A stretch of 64,000 nucleotides of DNA from Vicugna vicugna (Eukaryota): assembly GCA_013265495.1 (NCBI GenBank), contig MU062353.1:498648-562647 (forward strand), in the 5' to 3' direction. Below are positions 25,061 through 37,229 of this stretch, piece by piece. The position numbers and the translations under genes are program-made. A model generated the notes under the pieces. The model was not told the origin of the DNA. It was given only the letters and a program-made list of their open reading frames with translations, and made no database searches. Each line of letters starts with the position of its first letter. The first letter of the stretch is position 1.

Positions 25061-28000
25061 AAAGTATATATGCCGCCTTATCTCTTTGGAGGGTCATTGG
25101 CCATCTCCTTTATATTTATTAATAAATACCTTGTGCAAAATCATTTGCATAATCCTTCCCCAGTCCTGACCGCTCCCAGACTAAGCAAAGGTTTTCTTTC
25201 CAATTACAGGGACAGTGTTTTTGTAATGATGAGGGTTAGAAACAAGGTCAGAGAAAGCAAACACTCGTGTGCCCGCCAGTAGAATGGGACTGTAGTTATA
25301 AGTGAGAGATGAAAAATGATCCACTGCACTCAAGAGTCCCCTGATACCAACTTTACTGCTCTAAGAAATTGATACTCCAGGGACAGCCAGGAGGAGAGGG
25401 ATGGGCAATGCCAAGTTGCTGGTTGACTGGCGATGCTGGTAACTGGAGGGATTATAACAAGATACCCTTCCTCACCTGCCCACGCTTGGTCTGGTCCAGA
25501 GCGCCTGGAACACACTCCCACCATGTCAGCAGATCAGAGGCTCCAAAGTGACAGAGGCATTCACACTCCTGTTCCTTGAGGCTCACATAGTCGTCCATAC
25601 ATTATGCGTTTGGCACTAGATTACCATACGCTATTATACCAACTCCTGACCAGCTCATCTCAAATATTCTCTGGTATGTGAGGACCATGGGGATGATTGC
25701 TGTTCCCCACCATATCCACACACCCCAAAGTCATGAGAATATTTGGGCCATTAAATTCGGGAGTACCAGTAGCCACGACATCAGGAAGAGCCAAATACAC
25801 TCCAAATGGAGATCGTCACTCTTTTCTTTGCCTTCTGGGGTTGATGGGTCAGGAAACCGCAGCAGGAGTTGTTGATTCATCGTGTCGTTTATTCTGTTTA
25901 CTTAGTTAACATATAAATGGGATTTTGAGTCCTGGATGCTTTTTCTTGTTGATTAGGGCTCTACCAGTTAACTAACAAAGGGTTTCATAGCCATTGAGAA
26001 TGAGACAAAAGAAAAAGAAAAATGAATGAAATAAAAAATGAATGTTTCACTGTAGTATAGGAAAACGGCAATGTATTGTAAATGTTGTTTCATTTCTAGA
26101 CTGGGAAGTTTCGCTTTTGCAGAAAGTGAGAAATCATTCCTAGGTCACATACAAGGGCAGATATCTAGCATGTGTTATCTCCTTTGAGATCCCATGACTT
26201 GCACCCACTTGAAATTACACCTACTTTTATTTAGCACGTTGGACATAGCAGAAAGATGCGTTCTGGCCCTGCACAGCCGCGATGCAGCCTGTGGGCCTGT
26301 GGCAGGCAAGTAGCAGGGGACACGTGTTTGGTGCTATAACAGGTGTGAAATGTGAGGAGCAGCATGAATGGTGGAGACACCGTGAGTTCCGCTGCCTGTG
26401 CTCCTGTGACTTACAGTCATGCCATGATGTGGAGGCTTCTGTGCCCTCCGTGGTAGCAGAGGCCAGTTGCAACTTCAGTGCCAGCTTCAACCACAGGGTC
26501 GACTCAGAAGATACTGTTACCTGAAAGTCTTTTTAGAATTGGTACAGCTCGAGCAAGCGATTAAGAATGAGTATTGTTATGTGTCAGAAACAAGAAAGCA
26601 CATCACGTGAACGTGTACATACAGACTGGTGAGGGCTGTATGGAGAAGGAGGGAAAAGCCAACATGTAGAAGCTTCTTACAGCTGAAAGAGAGAGAAGGT
26701 GACATCCAGGACTGGAGACGGCTGATGGCTGTGATTTGCAGGGACCCTTAGCTCTGCAGCCCCAAAGCTGCTTTGTGAGTAACTCAGAGATGATCAGACC
26801 CCTGACCCCCAACTGAAACTAACTTACCCTTTGTAAGTTCATTGGGGGATACATCACATTGCCAAGTGAATCAACACTTGTGTCAACAGGTTGGCAGACT
26901 TTTATCATACAGAATTCCATGCAGAAAGCTAATTAAAAACACATCATAGCTTGGCAAGCACAGACTTTCAAAATAACTGTACCGAATGAGATGACCTTGA
27001 TGATGGATAACATTGACCTTGATGCTCCTGGAGCCAGATTTTTCCATCCAGAGAGAACCAGAATCTTCCTAGACATCTGTTACACAGGACATTTCTCCTG
27101 CAGTGAGTTTGACACTTGCCTTCTGGGCTCGATGCTGACTGTTCCTCTCCCTTCTCTGTTGACATCAGCTTGATGGCAGCAGCTTCTGGTTTTGCCATCA
27201 CCACTACCTTGACTGGAAAGAGCAATGGGTGGTATGGACAGCGAAGTGAAACAGCAGATCCCTTTCACGGCAGCACTGTGGATCTTTGTCTTTGAGTGAT
27301 TGGTTAGGCTCAGTCTATTGAATAATCCTAGTGGGAAGCTCTGGGTTATGCATGGCTTTTATCTTTTAGAAGAAGGGTGCCTTCTCCTGGCACGTTAGTA
27401 AAAACTAAGAAGAAGCAAGACATCGGAATGTGCTGAGGCATCAGCAGGGCAGGGCACAAACAGAGCTGGAAAATTATTTTGACTTCTAACAAAAATGGGA
27501 TCTGCATGGGAGATAGAGTGCTAATTCTGATCGCAATAACTTGACGGATGGAGTCAGAGAGGTGGCTACACTTTCAATCAGGGATTATGCAACTGATTTG
27601 GGGGAGGGTGACAAGGCACTTGACAGGTAAGCTGTGTTTTAATGGAAAATAATGTGATGTGAATTTCCAAACTAGAGTTGTCTGACTGCATTTTATTTTC
27701 TGGAACATTTTTGTCCAAGGGACAGATAAATACACAACTGAAAATCTGTCTTTAATAGGAGTTGATATAATCAACTTTAAGTCACATTCACAGATATAGA
27801 ATATTTTCAAATATAATCAGTGGACAGGCGGCTCTCTCTGAAAACTGGATCCCATTCAGAATATGTGCAACTACTTTACACTTTGAGTCAAGGCAGTCAT
27901 TTATTCAGGACAACAGTGAAACGTTTTTGAGAGGCTAAACTTTTTGCATTGTAACCAGACACAATCCTTTTACCTTTAAAGTGGATCTGAATTTATTTTA

Positions 28001-28305
28001 AAGGAGAAGCTAATTTTTTTATAGTGAAGAAACGTTTTGATGTGCGGACATCTTCAGGCATTTAATATTAATGGAAGAGCAGCTAGAAGATCTGTTCACC
28101 TCTAGCTGGAATCCTTTTATTACTCCTAAGAGTGACACTCATTTAACAGACGAGCAGGCACCGCTTTGTTTCAGAGGTAATTCTAAAGTCCTGGTAGATA
28201 ATTGAATTCCTCAGTAAGCGTCTGGCAGATGCTAATAAAGCCAGCGCGGGTTACCTCTGGGAGGACTAACGGGTAAGAAAAGTAAGCGTGGGTACTGAAC
28301 GGCGA

Positions 28306-28485
28306 NNNNNNNNNNNNNNNNNNNNNNNNNNNNNNNNNNNNNNNNNNNNNNNNNNNNNNNNNNNNNNNNNNNNNNNNNNNNNNNNNNNNNNNNNNNNNNN
28401 NNNNNNNNNNNNNNNNNNNNNNNNNNNNNNNNNNNNNNNNNNNNNNNNNNNNNNNNNNNNNNNNNNNNNNNNNNNNNNNNNNNNN
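28306..28485. other. Assembly gap (180 N) covering the acceptor and about 131 nt of APP exon 7
   Basis: Run of N ending immediately before the visible 3' end of the KPI exon. Confidence 0.97.
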
Positions 28486-28522
28486 ACAGAGGAGTACTGC
28501 ATGGCCGTGTGTGGCAGCGTCA
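28355..28522 (+). CDS. APP: APP exon 7 (Kunitz protease inhibitor domain, alternatively spliced); only 28486-28522 is visible
   Basis: After the N gap the sequence reads TEEYCMAVCGSV followed by donor tca|gtaagt. The start 28355 is inferred from the known 168-bp exon length and lies inside the gap. Confidence 0.9.
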
Positions 28523-29366
28523 GTAAGTGGACCTCCCTCCAGCCTGGCCACCTTTCCTCTTTCTCGCCACTGACTCTGCTCTTTGTAACAGACGGGTCTT
28601 CCTGGTTCTTGGGAGCGGGTCTGTTGCTGCCACTAACCACGTTTCTGTCAGTTTCTCTAATTGCCGGGCTTCTCCTCCAGTACGTTCCATCATGAACACA
28701 CACCTCCGTCTTTCTCTAATCAAGCATGGCTATGGGTGTGTTCTTTTACTAGCTGTGGTGCATACGTCTTGCGATCTCTAGGGACTTCTCTTTAAGCCAA
28801 TCTGAAGTTGCTATTTTGTCTTCCCAGCTGTTTCTGCAATTGTGTACTTACGTGTTTGTCCGTGTACATATGTGTTGGGGTCTCTGCATGTGCACTCCAT
28901 GTGCAAATGAGGGTTACCACCAGCGGATGGAGCTTTGGTTGCACTGGCAAGACGTATTGCCATGATGGGTACCTTTAAGTCATCTCATAACCTGAGACGT
29001 TTATTGCGGTGGCAAGGGAATGAGACTGAGTCCAGCGCAGGCACTTCAGATGCCAGAAGGCAGAAATGCCCCAGTGACACCTGAGCACACTTGTGGACAT
29101 TTGCAATGTCGAATTTTCATGTCTTCTCTTGGAAATAGACAGTAGAAAACTCCGACTTAGCATTAGAAACCTTCAATGACATAGGTAGGGCTCAGGGGAT
29201 ATAATTTTCCAAGCCTTTTTCTCTTGCATTTTATCGTAGCTTGGGGGGATAAGTAAATGGAGTCACGATGACTTAAATGCAAGTTGAAACTATTTCTGCA
29301 GGAGGCTTTCCCGAGGTAACACACCAGACACGCAGGACTTCTGAACAGACTTCCACATTCAATCCC

Positions 29367-29396
29367 TTAGTTAATTAGTTAGTTAGTTAGTTAGTT
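29367..29396. repeat. (TTAG)n tetranucleotide repeat in intron 7
   Basis: ttagttaattagttagttagttagttagtt. Confidence 0.9.
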
Positions 29397-30815
29397 CATG
29401 AAGAGGAAGTTTGAATTATGTAAGGAATAACTGCTCAACTTGATAAATTAAAGATTAAAATCCATAATGATATGCTTCTCTTTTGAGAGACTCCTGCCTT
29501 TTTTCTGTTGTTCTCGTGAGGGTGACAGCCACCGTTTCCTGCCTAGGATTCCCAGGGATTACATAAATTGTGTTCCAGTGTGATCATAGGATTAAGGGAA
29601 ACAACAAAGGACCCGTGCCATCAAGACCTTCTATTGTGAAGCCCAGTATCTGAGTGGAATCTACTGGAAAAATTCCTGTTGGTCTCTTGTGTAAGAGATG
29701 ACTCCACATCTGTCCTGTGTGAGAGCAGGTGTAGGGACTGGTAACCCCAAGGGCTTCTTTTCTGGCTCTGATGGGATGATTGTGGCTTCCAGCTCAAAAG
29801 CCTCCTTTCTTCAGTTTCAAACAAAAAAGTTAATTAGGTCAGGTAACAGGGAGCACAATGAGGGATTCTGTTTCCTGGAGTCTCTTGAACAAAGAGCTTT
29901 TGTTACAGTGATTCTAACTGGTTTCCCTGCGAGGAGAGATTTCCTGGCAGATTTCCAACTTTTTTCTCTCTTCCCTTGAGGTGGATTTATGTTTTGGAAC
30001 ATAAATATGTGTGTGTATATATATAAATAGATACACATTTATATGGTAAGAAAGAGGGTTTGAAAAAATTGTTAGCCATGATGAATCTGCCTCAAGAATT
30101 AAAATTATCCCCCACGCAATAAAACCCTAATCTCACCCCAGTGTACAACCTCTCCATTTGATTAGTTTGATTTGACCCAGACTGGGGGCAAGAGCCGTGG
30201 GCACCCCAGGTCAGAAGGGGGTCTCTGGAGGTGCCCTGAATGCACACACTTTGTTGAGAGATCTGCAGAAGATGAATGCTCTCAACAAAGGTGTGATTGA
30301 CAAGCAGTCAGTACTTAGTTTCAGGGGAAGTGGGTTAGAAAAGAATGTATCAGGACAGCAAACAAGAGACGCTGAAGATCGGTTAGAAGAGGGGACAGAT
30401 GTAAGTGGAGAGTAAAAACCTCAACAAGCAGGGGGAGCTGAGGGCCAGGGCTGCCCTCCGAATGGGTGAAATGATTAGAAATGCCATGAAGAAGAGGTGG
30501 ATGGGAACTGATGATGTTGGCCCTGAGGAGGGAGAGAGGGGGCGAGAGATGCTTTCACAGGGCACTGGATGTACCATTAGAGACAGAATATCCAGCATTC
30601 TAAGATGTCTTTGTGGAAATATAGCCTATGTTTTTGTGTTTACTTGTGTTTTATACTGAAGCCCAAACTCAGGGTGTTTGTTAAGTTTTGTTTTTAATTC
30701 AGTGTTTTGGTTTTTGTTTTTTAATTTGGTCAGTGGAATTGTGTGAGTGATTTTCCGCCATCATGCCCATGTTTCTGTTTTTGTTTTTAGTTATGTTCTC
30801 TTATTTTCTCCATAG

Positions 30816-30872
30816 TGTCCCAAAGTTTACTCAAGACTACCCAGGAACCTCTTCCCCAAGATCCTGTTAAAC
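30816..30872 (+). CDS. APP: APP exon 8 (OX-2-like, alternatively spliced), 57 bp
   Basis: Acceptor ttttctccatag, donor aac|gtatgt. Encodes (M)SQSLLKTTQEPLPQDPVK(L); phase 1-1 symmetric. Confidence 0.97.
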
Positions 30873-33539
30873 GTATGTTGTAATTCACTCGAGGGAGGGG
30901 AGGAGGGAAGGAGGACGTTGCATGGCTGGATGGTGGCTCCAGCATCCTCACCTTCTCTGCATGGTTGTGTGTTTCTTGAACACCTGTCTTTTAATAAAAT
31001 GTTTATTTCCGTTGCCTTGCTTCTAATTACATCTAATTTTGCCAGATAACTTCAAATGTCGGGCTCAGAGCTTTAACTAAGCTTCTTCTGTTTCTGACGA
31101 GTTACCTTTTTAGTTAATGTGTTCTATAAAACATTGTATGTACAACATTATTTTTGTGTTTTATTTGGCATCATTGTTTTATTTCCCAAAGCTCCCAAGA
31201 TGCCACAATTTAACAAGAGCCCATGTGTATAAGTGACTTGTTTCCCAGAAAAATATTTAATATGCATGCATTGTACTAACTACAAACTAATACGTATGCA
31301 GAGGCTTCAAGTATGCGTGTTTCAAGACAGCTGTTAATGCTTTAGGAAGTGAACGGTCACTTTTAGAATTCAAGACCGCACGCTAGAAGTGCCTGACTTC
31401 TGATTTCATCAAAATGTCGAGAAAGAGCTTCCTAGAAAGAAATGTCATATCGACCTACCTACAATGTCTGTGCTTTGTGATGATTTCGATTGGCCGGTCA
31501 GTCTAGCTTTGTTTAAAAATGTGGTCTCCAAAAACTCACACTGATTTTTAGGTTTAGATTATATCCAGAAACAGATTCATCCAGCATTAGGTTAGGGATG
31601 ATACAGACCTCTGGTTAGGAAGAGACACCATTTCAGTTGTAGCTTAGATATAATGAAAATTAGCACTTATTGATATTATCCTGAAAAAAAAAAAACTAGT
31701 CTCACAATTGATGACACCATGATCTTTTCTTAGAAAAGATAAGTCAGAGTAGGTAAAGCATAGCCAGTGGGTAGACACAGAAGAACTGGGAAGAACTGTA
31801 GGTTTTATGCTGTGGGATGGATAGTACATTGATCTGCATGGCGTGTTGCATTTTAAGAGGCATTTTTTGTAGATCATTTCTTTTGCTTAGGAATATTTTG
31901 TGGGCATTTGCCTCATTTTCTTTGTGCATGTGAGAAAACAAGGCTTAAAGGGCTCCGTGACTTGCCCCCTGCCATCACACAGGGCAGGACCCGATTTGAC
32001 ATCTTAATGATACTGTGGCTTTGCTCCTTGCCCCAAATGGTCAACCATGTGGTTCTAACATTGTTTTCTAAGTTACAAAAATTACATTTGAAGTTCAGAA
32101 GCACATTTTAAGAATACGGATAATATTGGAAAGCAGACGACAAATAATAAAAACATTTTTTTCATAAATGCCATGAATATAGCATGCATCAGTGAATTAA
32201 ACGTCTTCCCCACCCTTTTACTGAAACAGTAATTATTTTTACTCTAAGTTGCATTCTATATCATTTGAAACAGAGAATTGTCTTTTTCTATTTTTATTAA
32301 TTACCAGGAATGAACAGCATCGTTTGATAAATTTATTTTCACGACATACTTGTGTCTTCATCTCTTCCAAACAGACACTGACAATCTCATACGATTTTCT
32401 CTTCCCTGGTAATTTTCTCCATCGATGTGTGGTGTGTTTGGGATCCTGACACCTTTCCCTTCTAAGAGGGTAAAGTGATTTTGGCAGCTGTATTTTCTTG
32501 TCTACCTACAGAGACTATTCAATCACAGCAAGTGGTGGGTTTGCAGGGCTAGGACGGGAGAAAGCATATAATTTCCAGTTATTTATAGCCTGTGCAGCTA
32601 GGCTATCTTATTTATAGCAAAGCTGCACATTTGAATTGAAAAAGTCACAGTCATCTGGAGGTCAAATGCGGATAGCAGCCTGGAGTTGAGAAAATGAGCC
32701 AAACTGAGGAAGGTGAGCGAGCCCATTTGATTCGACAGCTGGGGCTTGCCCCTTGACTCCATGCCTGACCTGGGGCAAATCGGAGGACTCCCCTTTCACA
32801 AAGGCGGGTGGTCTTACAGGTTTCTCAGTCTGAGACACGTCTGGTCAAATAATAAATGTGATATGAGCTAGAAAAGCTCTTCAGTTCAACTGGTGGTAAG
32901 ATTGCACGTGTGGAGGAACTGTGTGATGGTTGACATTATAAATACAATAATTTTCCTGTCAAGACTTATTATTATTATAATTAGGCATTTTGAGATTTTA
33001 AATCTTTGTCATAAAAACTGATCTTGAACATTGCAATTTTAAGGGACACTTGATTGTTTTTCTGGTTTTGTTGTCATTGATAAGAATCCAGAGATGGTAG
33101 TACAGATTTGAGGCTAAGAGTTTTCCTTTTACTCATAAACTTAGGGATTTGAATCCCTTTCCCATTTGGGATAAAGAATCTTGTGAGGCCTGAGTTGCTT
33201 CCTAGGTAAATTTTGTGTCTGCCCATTCGGGTTTGGACAATGCAAAAGATTCACATTCAGTCAGCCTGGTGAAGCATTGTGAACAGTAAAATTACTACAT
33301 AAATATTTATGGACTAGTTTATGTTTCAAACACGAGAATATTTTCTAGTGTTCTTCCCATCAGCTTCCATCTCAAAAGCCAAACAGACTGACATCTTAAT
33401 GGCACTGCATCTCACGAAGGGCATCATGCCCATTTCTAGTCGGCTGACTGCACCAAGAGGTCTGGTCAGAGAGAATGACCAGTGACCCACCTTTGGCGCC
33501 TTCACCTGCAGTCAGTTGTGGCACAAGCCACAGCTGACC

Positions 33540-33749
33540 CAGGGTCTTTCAGTCTCAACACTCTGGACATTTGGGGCCAGAGAATTCATTGTTGCGGTGC
33601 CATCCTGTGCATGGAGGACGTTAAACAGCATCTCTGGCCTCTGTCCATGAGATGCTAGTAGCACCATCCCAGCTGTGGCAACTAAAAATGTCTCTGGACT
33701 TTGCCACAGCCCCAGGGAAGACAGAACGGCCGCCTGTTGAGAACCTGTG
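33540..33749 (-). mobile_element. MER20
   Basis: ggacatttggggccagagaattcattgttg..gagatgctagtagcacc..caactaaaaatgtctctgga..gttgagaacc. Confidence 0.85.
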
Positions 33750-34901
33750 ATTTAGACATGGGATTCAGACATAGCCAGGCTGGTATGAACAGGTATCCTC
33801 TCCATAAACTGAAGGAGTTAAGAACCTTCAGTTCTCAACAGCTGTTTATGAAGCTCAATTGTTAGACCACAGCCCTAGTGCCCAATAGTTGCAAGTTAAA
33901 GGCGGAGGTACTGTTGCTTTTCTGACTCCGGTATTAGAGGTCTGAGTTTTTCTGCTCTAATGTAAGCACCGCTAGAGAATAAAGCAGCAAACAAAGCAGC
34001 AAACCCCTGGGCTGGAAGTGCATGTTTGCCTCCTCTGTCTGTTTCGTCTTAGTTTCAGAGAACCCCAGCATGTGCTAGAGAAGGGCCATCCTGGCTACAC
34101 AGGTCACTTGTGTCTAAGATGCACTTTGAGGTCATGTTTATGGCCTTGGGCCTCTGCAAAGGTGTAGGTCTGGCCTCGTGCAGGATTGGGAAAAGGATAA
34201 AGATTGATTTCAGCTCACATCAGAACGGCCCAGACAGAGTAGAACAGACTAATATACTTCCAGAGAGTATGAAAAGAATTGGAACACGTCAAATAAGGCC
34301 CAAACCACCACCCCCACGTTCTAAGATTGTTGCCTCGAAGCTCGCTGTTTGCAAACCATAGACAACTCACTGTGTGGCCTTTGAATAGAATGTGCCACCT
34401 TGGCCACAGAGCTACCGTGCCCTGTCCTCTAGTCTTTGGCCAGGCTTGAACCATTGTTTGTAATCATACTTGTTCTTCTGATTGTGAAATAGCAAATATC
34501 GCTTCCTGTTAGCTCAATCTCTAATACTAATAAAACTGATATTTTTATGAAACTGCCAAGCATTATTAAAAACAATTAAAAGCATTAAAAGTTGCAGTGG
34601 TGCATTAAATTACATGTCACATCAATGCCAATGAAATCTATTACATTGACATGTATGAGAAGCCACATCTTTGGTATCCAGAAGTGATCAGGATAAAAAG
34701 AATGTTTTGTTTTATTGGTTTTTTTTTTTCCACCAAGCTAACATAGTGTGAAACCCTGAGATTGAAAAGAATTGATTTGCTCAGCAAGCCAGGGTTTAAA
34801 AAAAAAAAAAGCTCATTTACTGAGAACAATAAAAAATGTTTGTTACATATATGCTCTATTCTTTAGCTATTTCCGAAGAAGAGTAAGTAGATAGTTTAAT
34901 A

Positions 34902-35087
34902 AAAGAGTTGGCAAAATTTTTCTGTAAGAGGTCAGTTGAGGTTTTGCAGGCCAGAAGATCTCTGTGATAAGTATTCAACCCAGCAGTTGTAGTGTGAAAG
35001 CAGCTTGAGACAATAGGTAAATGGATGGATACAGCCATGTTCCAATAAAACGTTATTTATCAAAAGAGACCAGCAGGCCAGCCCCTG
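34902..35087 (+). mobile_element. MER58A
   Basis: gagttggcaaaattttctgtaag..gttgtagtgtgaaagcagc..gccatgttccaataaaac..cccctg. Confidence 0.8.
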
Positions 35088-37229
35088 GTTAAATGAAGCT
35101 GGTACTTTTGAGCCCGGGATGTGCTGGCACTAAGCAAGATACTTTGAGGGACACCAGCAAAGTAAACTAAATAGCCTGCTTTCAATAACTTTCCAGTTTT
35201 ATCGATGTGATGAGACTCAAGTAGGTACATTAAGTAACAATGTAAAATAAAATACACAAATGTAGGGAAAGATTGCTGTGTAAGGCCAGAGTAGAAAGAA
35301 ATTGACTTTATCCTTAAGACCACGATAGAGGTTATCAGTTCCATCTGACTTTTACTGCTACAGTTTCTATGCAAGTGGCCGATACTGAAGATTCTGATTT
35401 TTTCGATATTGAAGATTCTGACTTTTTGAGCTTATCTGTTGTGGCAGGTCATCCCTTCATGACCCACCATTAACGAAGTGGAGCGCAGCTTCCAACAAAT
35501 TGACAAAAAACAATAACCAATAGTGAAGACACTCTAGATGCCAGTTACCATCGCTGTCACTTCACAGATGGTTTTTAGTCAGTTGCTTCTGCATTTTGGT
35601 GCATTGTGCTAAATAGGATATAGATACTAATGAAAAAGTCACCAGCATTCATTTGTTCATGCTCATTTCACATATTTGACGAAATTCCCCCATCAGTACT
35701 TGTCCATAAGACATAAAAAAGAAATGTAGCTTAACTAGACTGGAGTAAACACAGCATAGATTACATTTTTATCACCGTGTGTCCACACGATGCGTTGATA
35801 GTCTGCCAACAGTGACTGCATTGACTATAAAATAAGTGTGATACAAGGGCATGTCGGGGAAAAGTGCCTTTGTTTTTTGGGGGGTTTTTTTGTCGAGTCT
35901 GGTACCACAATGATCACAAACTTTATTTTCACAGTATAAATGTCTCCTCTAACTTGAACTTGATAAATATTTGAGTTTAGAATTCATTAAGAATTCTAGT
36001 TATTTTGCAATTGGAGACATGGAGAGAGTTTTGTTTTGTTTTGTTTTCTTTTATTTTTTTTTAAAGTTGGGGTGGCAGTCTGTAAGCTCTGCCAGATTGG
36101 GAGATGAAGTTTTCACATCATATCTTTCTTTACAGGTTTATATTCCCTGTATATAAATTATCCTCATTGCCACCTCTCGGATAAATCACAGCCATTTCGT
36201 GTGACAGCATTGCTAGCTGTGTATAAAGTAGGATTTTCCATGACAAGGCAATGGCTGTATAGGTCTTAATTTACTTTTATCTTCTGTTATCAATGCAATA
36301 GAGAGAAATGGCCTTTTTTTGCAGATGAAAGGAGACCGACCAAATTTTCTTGTTAGAATCTAACATTAGTGTACTGAGTAAATGCCAGTCGTGGGCCTCC
36401 ATTTAGGGAGGCCGTCATACTCGTTACTGTTCGAAAGTGGAGTTACCTCTCCTTTTGCATCTTGAGCCCATCCAACCGTAAAATTATGTATCATCGTAGA
36501 GATTGAGGAAGCAAACAAATATCAAAATAATAGGGGCAATTTTTCATGATGCCTCTACTCTTGACGCCCCGTGCTTCCTGCCTTCGGTATTGACTATGAA
36601 ACGGAGCACTACAATTACAGAATCAGAGCTAAAATGAGCGTTTGGTGCATTTGCAGTTAAATTTGATGGTGTCACTGATACGGAGGTCCTCTTTGTGCAC
36701 CAAGAAAGTCATCTCTATTGCCTCTGAAGACAATGGCAGTCTTTACCTTATCTTGAAGTAACGTCCCTTAAAATGATTGAGTTTTCTCAGGGGAGACGCA
36801 GGAAGGAAAATGTTTCATTGGTGTCATGTTGCCAAGGATGGTGGCGTATTTTGTGGCAGGGACATTGGGTGCAGCACCAGGGTTTGTTAATAAATGGAAA
36901 GCAAATCTGCTTCCCTCCCCCACCATCCCCATCCCCCTCAAGAAATAGAGCTCCAGCTGGTCCTAGGAGAGGAGATGACAACGGGACGTGGAAATGTTGT
37001 GACAGGCATTGCTGTGTCATTATCAAAACTGAAAATGAACCTTCACGAACACATGAAGACAATTTTTCCCTTCGTATCTGGTTGCCTGTGGTTTAGGAAA
37101 CATTTTGTGGTTGAGAGAAAGGAGCAAATCTGTGCTTTTTCCCATGTCTCTGTGTGGGGGTTTTGGGGGCTTCTTCCAGGAGAACCTCCCTGCTAGTTTT
37201 CCAAACCATCCTCATCTTCATCTTTCACT

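Noticed and set aside
22999-25153. Octamer motifs ATTTGCAT at 22999 and 25143
   Set aside because: Isolated 8-mers are expected by chance in AT-rich 64 kb; no clustering.
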